NCBI GenBank assembly: GCA_020833325.1
Contig: JAJHQN010000001.1
Location: forward strand, 1-57,467
Source of the DNA: Desulfurococcaceae archaeon
Lineage (GTDB): Archaea; Thermoproteota; Thermoprotei_A; Sulfolobales; Acidilobaceae
Direction: 5' to 3'
Length of the DNA stretch: 57,467 bases
Shown here piece by piece: positions 46,996-57,197 of the stretch. Numbering within the stretch: position 1 is the stretch's first letter; every line of letters starts with the position of its first letter. Below the pieces are notes generated by a model. The model saw only the letters and a program-made list of their open reading frames with translations, searched no databases and was not told where the DNA came from. A program made the position numbers and the translations under genes.

Positions 46996-47494
46996 GACTA
47001 GAGGGATCTTCAATCATTAGATCTAAAACACCCTATATCCACTCACACTACAACCACTCCTAACCACACCCTCTCAAGGATATTCCTAACTTCCAGCATC
47101 CCCCTACGACTATCCTCTCCCAGCCAGGGAAACCCTTACCTTTCTGTAAATAAAGGTTTTATTGTTATAATCTAATAGCCAGTAGGCTGGCGGTGAGAAT
47201 CCGCATTACAGGTGTGAACTCACTTAACTATGGTGATATCGGGAGCTCGAGCGCTTTTAGACGTTAAACCCGGTAATGAGCCAGCTATAAAAGTCTATAC
47301 GCATCTAGGCTAAGAGATAGTAAATTTCTAGAGTGTGGTTCGCGGTATAACCATAATGGTTTGGTGTTCTTAAGCTAGGTAGCCGGGAACCTTACTAGAA
47401 AGGATGCGAGGTTCTATCGTTTCCAGCTTCCAATATGTGTGCTAATAGTGTTATAGTGGGCTATTAATGGTAAAGTTTAAATATTCCCTCCCCT

Positions 47495-47824
47495 ATGTCT
47501 TGTCTGAGTAGAAGGTGGGTTTCGTTGGTGGAGCTAGCTATTAGCCAGGATATAGGTAAGCTTGTTGTATGGTGTGCTGTTGTCTTGTTGTTTGCTTTGT
47601 TCGTCTTCTCGATTGCTTTCATACAACAGGAGGTTAGGTTTAGTGATGAGGAGGTTGCGAAGGCTAAGAGGGATAGGATATCTGGTGAGGTTTTCGGTAA
47701 CCTTGTATACCATGTATTCTTTATAGGATTGATACTCGTTCTAGGTGTTATAGGCTATGTTGCCATCTACAGTAAGTCTAGAGAGTATACTATCACAAGT
47801 GAGCCTGGGGAGCTAGCCTCATAG
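47495..47824 (+). CDS. Hypothetical small membrane protein
   Basis: Two hydrophobic helices; a TATA-like TTTAAATA at about 47478 suggests the start may be the downstream GTG near 47516. Confidence 0.4.
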   Translation: MSCLSRRWVSLVELAISQDIGKLVVWCAVVLLFALFVFSIAFIQQEVRFSDEEVAKAKRDRISGEVFGNLVYHVFFIGLILVLGVIGYVAIYSKSREYTITSEPGELAS

Positions 47825-47838
47825 GGGGTGGGCTTCAC

Positions 47839-49287
47839 ATGGTCTTAGATGCTTTAATAGACTTCATGTACTTCGTTAACGGCCTCGTGTGGGGTTTACC
47901 AGCTATAATAGTGTTGCTTGGTACCGGGCTCGCTCTAACACTACTACTTGGGTTTATGCAGGTAAGATACTTTGGCACCATAGTTAGGAATATGAGGTGG
48001 AAGGGTAGGAGGGGTGGAGGTGAGGTACACCCGTTCAAGATATGGGCTGCAGTTATGGGGGCTACTGTTGGTGTAGGTAACATTGCTGGTGTTAGTACAG
48101 CGGTAGCACTTGGAGGTCCCGGAGCTCTCTTCTGGATGTTCCTAACAGGTTTATTCGGTATGGCTTTGAAGGCTGTTGAGGTAACATTGGGGATAAAATA
48201 TAGGAGGGTTAGATCTGATGGTAAGGTCGTTGAGGGTGGAACTCCATACTACATCAGGCAAGTTCCATTCATAGGGCCTATTCTAGCGGCTCTCTTCGCT
48301 CTCTTTGCTTTCATAGCAGCACCTGGTATCGGTAATATGGTTCAATCATCTAATGTAGCTTTCGGAGCTAGCTTTGTAGCTGAAAGCTACGGCTTCGACC
48401 CCACTATTGCTAAATGGTTGGTGGGTATAGTGCTGACAATACTTACAGCTCTCGTAGTCCTCGGTGGTATTAGGAGGATTGCTGAGGCAGCTACATACCT
48501 AGTACCATTCATGGCCACATGGTATATACTTGCGGGGTTAGGCCTATGGCTTATGTTCGCTGGAAACTTCCTAGACACCTTAATCACAATCATAAGAGGG
48601 GCTTTCACACCACTAGAGGTTGCTAAAACAGCCGCCTCAATGGCCGGATCTCCTGAGGCTGCAGCAGGCGGTATACTAGGTTGGACTACCTATGAGGCTA
48701 TAAGGTATGGTGTTGCACGAGGACTATTCTCCAACGAGGCAGGCCTGGGTAGCGCTCCAAACGCCTACGCTTATGGAGAGTCAGATCACCCAGGTAGACA
48801 GGGGTTCTACGGGATGTTCGAGGTTTTCATGGACACCCTGGTTATATGCATGATAACAGGCATATCAGTTATCATAACAGGGGCTTACACAACAGGGCTT
48901 ACAGGAGCCCCCCTAGCTATGGAGGCGTTCTCCAGAGCCTACGGACCCTTAGCACCTCTCATTGTAGGAGTTGCATTAATACTCTTCGCCTACACAACAC
49001 TCCTAACATGGGCTTGGTACGGTGAGGTTAACTGGGTCTACTTCTGGTGCAAGGTCCTAAAACTACCGGAGGAGCCTATGAGGTGGATTTGGAGAATAAT
49101 ATGGGTCATACTAATACTCCCAGCAGCAGTCCTAGCCAAAGACTACTTCGTCGTATTCTGGGACTTCGCAGACACAGCCAACGGTCTAATGATGATACCA
49201 AACTTAATAGCAGTAATAGTATTAGCCCCAGTAGCAATAGCACTACTAGCGGACTTCGCTAGGAGATATAAGGAACTAAGCAGTTAA
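47839..49287 (+). CDS. Alanine/glycine:cation symporter (AGCS family)
   Basis: GNIAGVSTAVALGGPGALFWM and SNEAGLGSAP motifs. Confidence 0.85.
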   Translation: MVLDALIDFMYFVNGLVWGLPAIIVLLGTGLALTLLLGFMQVRYFGTIVRNMRWKGRRGGGEVHPFKIWAAVMGATVGVGNIAGVSTAVALGGPGALFWMFLTGLFGMALKAVEVTLGIKYRRVRSDGKVVEGGTPYYIRQVPFIGPILAALFALFAFIAAPGIGNMVQSSNVAFGASFVAESYGFDPTIAKWLVGIVLTILTALVVLGGIRRIAEAATYLVPFMATWYILAGLGLWLMFAGNFLDTLITIIRGAFTPLEVAKTAASMAGSPEAAAGGILGWTTYEAIRYGVARGLFSNEAGLGSAPNAYAYGESDHPGRQGFYGMFEVFMDTLVICMITGISVIITGAYTTGLTGAPLAMEAFSRAYGPLAPLIVGVALILFAYTTLLTWAWYGEVNWVYFWCKVLKLPEEPMRWIWRIIWVILILPAAVLAKDYFVVFWDFADTANGLMMIPNLIAVIVLAPVAIALLADFARRYKELSS

Positions 49288-49594
49288 ACCCCCCATTAAA
49301 CCCCCCTCCCAACCCTCTACTTATTTCTTTCCTCCATAACAAAGTTTAAGCTCGGCTCTCCTAAGAGGAAGCTAAGACTCTCCCCACTTCGACGAACACT
49401 CACACTCTAATCATTGACCTAGGTAACTCTCACGATTATCTAGTGCCATGACAGGGGTTACCTGGAAGAGGCCGGACTTTAAACCCTAACTAGAAGACTT
49501 GAAAAGATAATGGCTAAATTTTTTGGAGAGAGCTACTTTTACAGTCTAAGAGCTCCGTTACAGCATTTAATTGATGTAGGCCACATTTTTGAGG

Positions 49595-50071
49595 TTAAAC
49601 CATGGCGGAAGCCGCTCTAGCTTTGTGATACGCTACTCTATTGAGCCCTTCGTATACGAGGAGCTCTAGTATTCCATCTCCTATGTTAACGCCAGCGTCC
49701 TCTAGCACTCTAAGTGTTGTTGCGTATACATGCTTACAGGGGTTGAATCTCCGGGAGCTCCAAGGGCAGTTGCACTCAAAATCTAGGGGTATTATGAGTT
49801 TAACCTTGTACCATCTCTCGCCACTCTCGCTTAGAACATCAGCTTCAACCTCACCCGCACCATCGTCTAAGTAGACCCTGTTGATTCTAACACAACCTCT
49901 AAGCTCTAAACCCCTCCTATAAACACCAACATCCTCCCTCCTCCAACCCCTCCTAGCATAGTAGAATGTTGAAGGCTTATACCCCTCCCCGACAGGTAAA
50001 CCTGAGGCTTTGTAGAGCTCTAGGATAAGCCTTAGAGCAAAACCTTCAAGGCCCTCCAAGAACCCGATCAC
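49595..50071 (-). CDS. SWIM zinc-finger protein
   Basis: CNCPWSSRRFNPCKH (the CxCxnCxH SWIM signature). Confidence 0.6.
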   Translation of the reverse strand: MIGFLEGLEGFALRLILELYKASGLPVGEGYKPSTFYYARRGWRREDVGVYRRGLELRGCVRINRVYLDDGAGEVEADVLSESGERWYKVKLIIPLDFECNCPWSSRRFNPCKHVYATTLRVLEDAGVNIGDGILELLVYEGLNRVAYHKARAASAMV

Positions 50072-50329
50072 CTACGGCTGGTAATGTAAGGACAGGATTT
50101 TAAGGTAGGAGTGGTGAGGGAAGCCTGAGACCCCAGAGTGATACTATTCAATCAGCTAGAGAGACTACTCCCACGAGCTCCCTCGTACCCCCCGGGAGGC
50201 CCCCCGAGCAGGAATCCTATAAACCGGTCGGGTTAGAGTATTAACGCTAGGTGGTTGGGGGATCGAACTTTTAGAGCTATAAGAAGGTATAGTAACCCTG
50301 GGGGTATAGGACTTTCGCCTTGCTAAAAG

Positions 50330-50527
50330 GTGGGTTATATGTGTGGTGATGGTTTAGGTAAGAGAGTGTGGGTTACCGGGGATGCCGTATGTCATGTTGA
50401 TGTGTATCACTTTGAGGATGAGTACTTAGAGGAGGATTTAGTCTTCAAGGGTGATGTTAGTAGGAGGTATGTGAGGAGGTTGAAGGGGAGGAGGTGTGGT
50501 GTTAGCTTTTTGAGGATAGAGCGTTAG
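50330..50527 (+). CDS. Hypothetical protein (weak)
   Basis: 65-aa ORF in an otherwise uncalled region; no motif recognised. Confidence 0.2.
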   Translation: MGYMCGDGLGKRVWVTGDAVCHVDVYHFEDEYLEEDLVFKGDVSRRYVRRLKGRRCGVSFLRIER

Positions 50528-50568
50528 TTTAAGACTCTAGGGTTGGTGGTGAGCCTAGGTGTGGTTCT

Positions 50569-51178
50569 ATGTTTGAACCCTCTGATTTCAACAAGTATAG
50601 GATGTTCGGGTTGGCTGGCTCCATCCTGGTCCTGTTGGGTATCCTCCTTTTAGGTCTCTAGGTTTAGGCCTTCTGTTTATGATCTTTGGGTTGGTGTTAG
50701 TGTTGCTTGCTTTCCGCTTCCTCCCCAGAGTGTATGGAGAGTGGAGTGTATTCAGGGATGCTCTTTTCTCCATGGTTATAGGTGTTGGGGGCTTCCTATT
50801 ATTCTTAGTGGTAGCCATCTCCACACTAATCCTCATGATGCCCTAGGGGTTTGAGGGAGGAGCTCCTCACGACTATACTACGGGTATAGTGGTTGTAGCG
50901 AGTTTTACGGCATACGCGTTACCGCTTGTAGCTACACTTATCTCCGGCTACCTATGGTATAGGGCTCTCGACACCCTATCCACGAGGTCTGGTGAAGGGC
51001 TGTTTAGGTGGGCTGGCCCATTATATCTAGGTTATGCAAACTTGTAGCCACTCTAGCTATGGTAGTGGTGGGTTTAATCCCAGCGATAATACTAATAAGC
51101 TTTATTGTAATCATTCTAAGTATCCTAGTAGGATCCCTAGGACTCGTGGCTTTGCTAGCTGGATCTTACTGGCTATAG
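50569..51178 (+). pseudogene. Disrupted multi-TM membrane protein gene (two frame changes and one in-frame TAG)
   Basis: Hand translation gives MFEPSDFNKYRMFGLAGSILVLLGILLLGL* (stop 50659-61), which continues in another frame as LGLGLLFMIFGLVLVLLAFRF...STLILMMP, then TAG (50844-46), then GFEGGAPHDY...PLYLGYANL* (51045-47), then a third frame LVATLAMVVVGLIPAIILISF...LLAGSYWL* (51176-78). All segments are membrane-like. Confidence 0.45.
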
Positions 51179-51227
51179 CGTTCTACAACGTCAGGCTACC
51201 TCAAACACAGCATGAGGCTTCAATAGT

Positions 51228-53756
51228 TTAACCTCTAATGGTTAGCTGGGCTATTGCTGGTGGTTCTACTCCTAGTTCTACGGTGTAGTACGTCTTCCTA
51301 GCCCAGTAGTTTGTGTAGTGGTTTTGGTAGTATGGGCTGTAGGGGTTTCCATGGTTTCCTCCTGGTAGTGCTACGTGTAGCTTGTTTGTTGATAGATCTG
51401 ATACTAGTCTTACGCTAGCTCCACTTCTAACAGGAGCTCCACGGGCTCCTAGCTCTGCTGGTGCTGAGGGGTTTACGCTATAGGGCCCTCCACCTGTTTC
51501 AATGCTCTCATAGCTATAGGCCTTGATTATGGGGTGTTGTGGGTTGTAGTAGTGTATCCTCCCGTAGAGCCAGGTTCTGTGATCGCTACTCCCATAGTAT
51601 GCTTTGAGCACCTCCACCGCCTTCTCGAAAGCCTTAATAGCTAGATTCTCCGCCTCTCCGGGCTGGAGGTATTTGTAAGCTCTACCATCACCTTCTATGT
51701 AGAGCTCTAGCAACCTCTCAGCATGCTCTATCCTGAAGAACCCTGAGTTGCCCTCGCTACCGTAAAGCTTAGCCCACAAGCTCCTATGGAACAACCAGGA
51801 CCATGAGAGTGCTATGGAGGGCTCCCATCTATCAGGTTTTGTTGGAGCTCCCTCCTCAAGCCATTTCCCGAGCTCTTCGAGGATCCCGTTATGGTATCCA
51901 GCTCTCTCAGCTAACCTTAGCAGTAGGCCTATGTAGGTCTTGAGGCTTAAGTCCACGCTATTATCCGTCTGGATCATCATAACATCTTCTACGCTAATAG
52001 AGCCTTTCACCTTCAATGTATCCTTTAGCAGGCCTGTAATCCTATCCTGTCTAAACCTATCAGCCCAGTTCCACCCTATGTGGAGGCCGCACTCTCCATC
52101 GAATGGTTTAGAGTTAGCTGTTACTATGAATGGTCTAGGTGGATTATAGAGTATCGGTAGCTCGCTGTAGCCAACAAACCCAGCCCACTCCCCCTCACCA
52201 CTACTACCATTGAATGGTAGGAATCCTCTGTTAACAACCTTCACGCCGTTGACCTCGTATACTGGGAGGTTGACTCTAACCGGGTAGGCCCCTACAGGTG
52301 AGTACGCTATGTTACCGTTGGAGTCTGCTACAACAAGGTTCTGTATGGGGGCTGTGAAGAACCTCTGAGCTCTAAGAGCTTCTACAACGCTCGTAGCCCT
52401 ATTAATACCCCATATGAATGCTAGCTCAAGGCTTGGAGTTGAGCCTGTGAATGCCACAGCATACCTCTCACCACCCTCCTCTATAACAGGGCCGTGTACT
52501 GTCTCCAAGACCCTTAACTCGAAATCCTTGTAGGCCCTCCTTACAGGATCCCAGATCTTAATCTCCTCAATCCTAACCCTAGCTTCAACCCACGAGCCCT
52601 TATAGAGGTATCTATCGCCATCCCACTTGTAGTAGTAGAAGTCAGCGAAATCACCCATAACGTTGGTGAAGCCCCACGCCACCCTCTCATTCCTACCTAT
52701 AACCACTAGAGGAGACCCGGGTACTGTAACCCCGGCTACCTTCAGCGAAGGTGTCTCAATGTGAACTAGCATCCAGAGACTTGGAGCTACTAGAGCCAGG
52801 TGGGGGTCATTCGCCACTATAGGTTTACCACTAGAGCTGTACAAGCCGCTTACAACCCAATTGTTAGACCCGGGCTTATACCAGTTGAAGATTGTATTAG
52901 AGAGAGCTTCGAGAATACTCTTGGAGCTTGGGAGCTCCAAAGCTGTTGTTCTCTCATAAACACCGCTCCCGGCTTCACCTTCAACTCTCAGCCCCGTAAC
53001 ATAACCCCACTTAACTGTATCAGAGCAGAGAGCTTGAGGTGTTGTACGCCCTCTACCCACTATGTCTAGGTCCAATACAATATTCAAACCCCACCTCCTA
53101 ACAAGCTCTCCTAGAACGAGATCATCTGTATCCCACGCTAACATCATAGTGAAGAACTTCTGAACAGCCACCACATCCTCCGGGCTCCAAGGCTCGGGCT
53201 TCAGCCCCAGCAATCTATACTCTGGGGGTAGGAGTCTCAAGTCGAGCCCTGAAATGTAGTCGTTGAAACCCCTAACATAGTATTGTATGAGTTCAGCCAC
53301 CCTCCTCAACTCACGGTCATCACTTGATCTGAGGAGCTCCCAGGACCTCCTAATAGCCTCGTGCACGCCTAGAGCTCTCACAAGCCTGTCATTACCCAAC
53401 CCCGCCTCTCCAACAAGCTCAGCAAGCCTACCCTGGGGGATCCTCCTAAAGAGATCAGCTTGGAAAAGCCTTAGAGAAGCCGTTACATAGCCCATAGCAT
53501 AGGATCCAGCCTCATCAGTTGAAGCGAAGATGTGGGGAACGCCCTCAGAATCCCATAGAACCCTAGCCTCCCCAGGAACACCTTCAACCCTTAAAGTCCC
53601 CTCAGGCAACCTGTAGAACCCCGAGCTGCTAACACCATGGACAGGATCTAGGATTATGTTAAGTGGCGGGTAGGCCAGAGGGGCTATCAGAAGGACGAAT
53701 ACTAGAGCTAAAAGCAGTAAAACGCCTACAAGCCTAATACGCATACCCAACACCAC
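51228..53756 (-). CDS. Penicillin-acylase-family Ntn hydrolase (S45)
   Basis: N-terminal TM/signal; autoprocessing site PGSNNWVVSG (Ser-Asn at the predicted beta-chain N-terminus); about 840 aa. Confidence 0.85.
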   Translation of the reverse strand: MVLGMRIRLVGVLLLLALVFVLLIAPLAYPPLNIILDPVHGVSSSGFYRLPEGTLRVEGVPGEARVLWDSEGVPHIFASTDEAGSYAMGYVTASLRLFQADLFRRIPQGRLAELVGEAGLGNDRLVRALGVHEAIRRSWELLRSSDDRELRRVAELIQYYVRGFNDYISGLDLRLLPPEYRLLGLKPEPWSPEDVVAVQKFFTMMLAWDTDDLVLGELVRRWGLNIVLDLDIVGRGRTTPQALCSDTVKWGYVTGLRVEGEAGSGVYERTTALELPSSKSILEALSNTIFNWYKPGSNNWVVSGLYSSSGKPIVANDPHLALVAPSLWMLVHIETPSLKVAGVTVPGSPLVVIGRNERVAWGFTNVMGDFADFYYYKWDGDRYLYKGSWVEARVRIEEIKIWDPVRRAYKDFELRVLETVHGPVIEEGGERYAVAFTGSTPSLELAFIWGINRATSVVEALRAQRFFTAPIQNLVVADSNGNIAYSPVGAYPVRVNLPVYEVNGVKVVNRGFLPFNGSSGEGEWAGFVGYSELPILYNPPRPFIVTANSKPFDGECGLHIGWNWADRFRQDRITGLLKDTLKVKGSISVEDVMMIQTDNSVDLSLKTYIGLLLRLAERAGYHNGILEELGKWLEEGAPTKPDRWEPSIALSWSWLFHRSLWAKLYGSEGNSGFFRIEHAERLLELYIEGDGRAYKYLQPGEAENLAIKAFEKAVEVLKAYYGSSDHRTWLYGRIHYYNPQHPIIKAYSYESIETGGGPYSVNPSAPAELGARGAPVRSGASVRLVSDLSTNKLHVALPGGNHGNPYSPYYQNHYTNYWARKTYYTVELGVEPPAIAQLTIRG

Positions 53757-53825
53757 TAGAGTGTAAGGGCCGGCACCTAAAATTTAAATAAAACTCGCTC
53801 CAGACACTTCCGCGAGGTGGTTTAG

Positions 53826-54200
53826 ATGGGCTTAGCTAAGCTCGTAATATCAATAGTACTGGGCTCCCTGACAGTCTCCTTAGCCTTATACATATTAGAA
53901 CCACCGTTAGGTATAGCATTAGGTGTAATCATATGCGGGCTGCTAGTAGGAGTCCTTTTAGGAAGACCTGGACTGGCCTTTATTGCAGGCCTAATATCGG
54001 GTTTAACTGGTTTCCTTGTAGCATACGGCTTAGGGGGTGGTGGCTCCCTCGGCTTTAATGTTTACAGAGAGCTCCTAGGCTCCATAGGGCCGTTGGTACC
54101 TTTAGCATACTACATGCTATCATGTGGTAGTGTATCAGCACTCGTAGCTATTATAATACCGGCTTTTAGGAGGGGAGATAGCGTTACTCTTAGAAAATAG
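53826..54200 (+). CDS. Hypothetical Gly-rich membrane protein
   Basis: Four hydrophobic helices; no family recognised. Confidence 0.45.
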   Translation: MGLAKLVISIVLGSLTVSLALYILEPPLGIALGVIICGLLVGVLLGRPGLAFIAGLISGLTGFLVAYGLGGGGSLGFNVYRELLGSIGPLVPLAYYMLSCGSVSALVAIIIPAFRRGDSVTLRK

Positions 54201-54242
54201 GTATATACATGTTTTTTAAAGTTACCACCCCCTCCGGGATCA

Positions 54243-54764
54243 TTGGTGGTGGGCGTGCCCTTAAAGGTTGGGGATAAGGCTCCAGATTTTGAGCTCTACG
54301 ATACAGAGCTTAAGCTCGTTAAGCTCAGCGATCTCCTAGCCCAGGGTAAGGTTGTTGTCCTGGCATTCTTCCCCGGAGCCTTCACATCAGTCTGTACAAA
54401 GGAGATGTGCAGTTTTAGGGATAGGATGGCTTTGCTTGAGAAGGCTAACGCTATAGTTGTTGGGATAAGCGTTGACAGCCCCTTCGCTTTAAGGAAGTTT
54501 AAGGAGGAGAATAGGCTTAACTTTATACTGCTAAGTGATTATAACAGGGAGGTTATAAAGTTGTACGATGTATACCACGATCCATTCCCGCTACCGATAG
54601 CTAATAAGCTCAGGATGACGGCTAAGAGGTCTGTCTTCATACTAACACCTCCAGAAGGCATGATAGCCTACACCTGGATTTCGGAGAACCCGCTTGTGGA
54701 GCCTGACTACGATGAGGTTATTAGAGTGGCTAACGAGATAGCCTCAAGGCTTTCCAAAGCTTAG
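54243..54764 (+). CDS. bcp: Peroxiredoxin (Bcp/AhpC-TSA family)
   Basis: KAPDFEL...FFPGAFTSVCTKEMC peroxidatic-Cys motif. Confidence 0.85.
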   Translation: MVVGVPLKVGDKAPDFELYDTELKLVKLSDLLAQGKVVVLAFFPGAFTSVCTKEMCSFRDRMALLEKANAIVVGISVDSPFALRKFKEENRLNFILLSDYNREVIKLYDVYHDPFPLPIANKLRMTAKRSVFILTPPEGMIAYTWISENPLVEPDYDEVIRVANEIASRLSKA

Positions 54765-54830
54765 GCTATACTAACTTCAAGCATCTTATTAAATCCCTCT
54801 AACACCTAGACTTTCTAGGGGTCTCGTGGA

Positions 54831-55829
54831 TTGAGGTATACAACTCTAGGTAAGTCTGGTCTTAGGGTTAGCGTTGTAGGTCTTGGATTCTGGCAGGCAG
54901 GCTCTAGGCTTTGGAGCTCCCGCAACGGCGGTTTACGTGAGAGGGTGAGGGAGGCTCTTGGAATAGCCTTATCTCATGGCGTTAACCTCCTTGATACAGC
55001 TGAGGTTTACGGTGGCGGTCTATCCGAGGAGGTTCTAGGAGGTGCTGTTAGAGCCCTTGGTAGGGAGGGCTTCGTGGTGGCGAGTAAGGTTGCAGGTTAT
55101 AGGGTTACAGGAGGCTCGATAATCAAAGGGGTTGAGGGTATTAATAGGAGGCTTGGTTTCACCGTTGACCTCATCCAGTTGCACTGGCCTCCACCATACC
55201 CATGGCCTCTATGCTGGTCTATCAGAGGGCTTGAGGAGGCCGTATCCCGGGGGCTAGCAGGCTATTACGGTCTATCTAACTTCCCTAGGGGTTTGCTAGA
55301 GGAGGCTCTACAATGCTCTAAGAGAGTTGAGCCTGTTAGCAACCAAGTCCAGTACAGCTTAGCGTTTAGAGCTCCTGAGGTCGACCTCGTGCCCTTCATG
55401 AGGGAGAGGGGGTTAACGCTTATAGCCTGGAGCCCTCTAGCTAAGGGTGCTCTGGCAGGGCTTAGGGAAGCTTCTACCACAGCTCAGAGAGGTGATAGGG
55501 TTTTCAGGGTGGCTAGCGGTGATGAGGTTCTCCAGAAGGCTTTGGAGGAGGTGGCTAGTAGGAATAGGGTTTCTAAAGCTCAGGTGGCCCTCGCATGGCT
55601 TATATCGAGGGGGGCTATACCGATACCCGGTTTCAGGAATCCTGCTAGGGTTGAGGAGTACGCTAGGGCTGCAGATGTGGAGCTTAGCGAGGATGACATG
55701 AGGGTTTTGGATGAAGCTTCATCCAAGTACTTATACCTATGGGGTAGAGGGTATGGGGAGCTTAGGGCTATGAGATTTATACCTGCGGTAGTACAGAGGT
55801 TAGCGATTGCGGTGATGGGGGGGATATAG
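54831..55829 (+). CDS. Aldo/keto reductase
   Basis: GVNLLDTAEVYGGGLSEEVLG and LIQLHWP motifs. Confidence 0.85.
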   Translation: MRYTTLGKSGLRVSVVGLGFWQAGSRLWSSRNGGLRERVREALGIALSHGVNLLDTAEVYGGGLSEEVLGGAVRALGREGFVVASKVAGYRVTGGSIIKGVEGINRRLGFTVDLIQLHWPPPYPWPLCWSIRGLEEAVSRGLAGYYGLSNFPRGLLEEALQCSKRVEPVSNQVQYSLAFRAPEVDLVPFMRERGLTLIAWSPLAKGALAGLREASTTAQRGDRVFRVASGDEVLQKALEEVASRNRVSKAQVALAWLISRGAIPIPGFRNPARVEEYARAADVELSEDDMRVLDEASSKYLYLWGRGYGELRAMRFIPAVVQRLAIAVMGGI

Positions 55830-55830
55830 T

Positions 55831-56526
55831 GTGTCTAGGCTGAGGAATGTTCTTAGCGAATGCGATGCCGTAATACAGGTTGCCTTAGACGTTACAGATG
55901 TCCGTGAGGCTTTCGGAATAGCGGCTAGGCTACCGGATAGCCCGGCTCTAGTACTAGAATCTGGAACCCCTCTCATTAAATCGGCTGGTATGAGCTCTGT
56001 GAAGATGCTTAGATCGGCTAAACCTGAGACTCCGATAGTGGTGGACACCAAGACTGTGGATGCAGCTGATGTTGAAGCTAAGATTGTCTCAGAAGCTGGG
56101 GGCGATGCTTTCACAGTACTAGCAGTTGCCGGGGAAGAGACTACAGAGCTGGCTGTGGCGAAGGCTTCAGAGCTGGATTTAATGGTGTACTCTGACACCA
56201 TGAATGTTGATAGGCTGGAGAGGATCCTCAGAAAGCTAAGTGAGGCCGGTGTCCACGTAGCGCTACTACATGTTGGTTTAGATGTTCAGAGGAGATATGG
56301 GATAAGAGCTATGGATTTAATTGGGTATATTAGGATGGCAACAGAGGCGTTCAAAGGCCCCATAGCGATTGCTGGTGGTATTAGGCCTAGGGAGGCCGGT
56401 AAGCTGGCCTGGCTCGGTGTTAAAATCATAGTAATAGGCTCAGCTATAGTGAGAGCTGAGGATCCTCGTAGCGAGACTATAAAGGCCCTTGAATCCCTGA
56501 AAGAGGCTGGTTTCAAGTGCCGGTAG
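55831..56526 (+). CDS. 3-hexulose-6-phosphate synthase-like (OMP decarboxylase superfamily)
   Basis: IQVALDV...ESGTPLIKSAG...VVDTKTVDAADVEA...GGDAFTVLA pattern of HPS/KGPDC enzymes. Confidence 0.7.
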   Translation: MSRLRNVLSECDAVIQVALDVTDVREAFGIAARLPDSPALVLESGTPLIKSAGMSSVKMLRSAKPETPIVVDTKTVDAADVEAKIVSEAGGDAFTVLAVAGEETTELAVAKASELDLMVYSDTMNVDRLERILRKLSEAGVHVALLHVGLDVQRRYGIRAMDLIGYIRMATEAFKGPIAIAGGIRPREAGKLAWLGVKIIVIGSAIVRAEDPRSETIKALESLKEAGFKCR

Positions 56527-57197
56527 ACTATGTAAGGATATCAAGTAGGGATCTAGGAGAGCTAACCCTAGAATCCAACGTTATAGCAGTAGTACCCCTT
56601 GGTAGCGTGGAGCAACACTGCGAGGGGCCACTAGGGCTAGACTCAATGATAGCTGAGAGGCTAGCATATGAGGCTTGCAAACACCTAGAAGGTGAAAGTA
56701 GAGTTACCTGCATAATACTCCCAACCATAAGCTACGGCTACTCACCTGAGTGGAGCAAGGTTAAAGGTACTATAAGCATACCACTCCACATATACACAGG
56801 ACTCCTAGAGGCGGTCATAGAGGGTATTATCAGAAGCGGGGTCAAGAGGATAGCTTTAATCAACGCCCACGGGGGCAACGTTGGCGTAGCCGAGGCCGTC
56901 CTAAGGAATATAGCTTCAAAACACGAAGGCCTAGTCCTAGCCCTCATCAACTACTGGGAGCTCCTAAACGCAAAACTAGACCATGCCGGGCCATTTGAGG
57001 AGTCCGTAGCTAGAGCCCTCGGACTACAAGTTAGCCTAGGCGACTGCATCAACATAGGCTATGAGAGTAAACCTAGAGTCATACTAGGAACCCCCAGCGA
57101 GCCGGCAAAGATAGTCTTTGAAGCCAACAGCGCAACCGTAGACTTTGAAACACTAGTCGGAGCTCTAGCCAAAGCCCTTAAGAAGACTTTCAACTAA
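56517..57197 (+). CDS. Creatininase-family amidohydrolase (ArfB-like)
   Basis: LGSVEQHCEGPLGLDS and INAHGGN motifs; overlaps the upstream gene by 10 nt. Confidence 0.75.
   Translation: MPVDYVRISSRDLGELTLESNVIAVVPLGSVEQHCEGPLGLDSMIAERLAYEACKHLEGESRVTCIILPTISYGYSPEWSKVKGTISIPLHIYTGLLEAVIEGIIRSGVKRIALINAHGGNVGVAEAVLRNIASKHEGLVLALINYWELLNAKLDHAGPFEESVARALGLQVSLGDCINIGYESKPRVILGTPSEPAKIVFEANSATVDFETLVGALAKALKKTFN

Noticed and set aside
50306-50318. GGCGAAAGTCC on the minus strand, resembling the RNase P CR-I GAAAGUCC
   Set aside because: The surrounding 250 nt are not GC-rich, show no P4 partner or other conserved regions, and the match is only 8 nt.
50844-50846. In-frame TAG as a possible recoded (pyrrolysine) codon
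   Set aside because: The same gene also needs two frameshifts. Nothing suggests Pyl machinery, and Crenarchaeota are not known to use it. Gene decay is the simpler reading.
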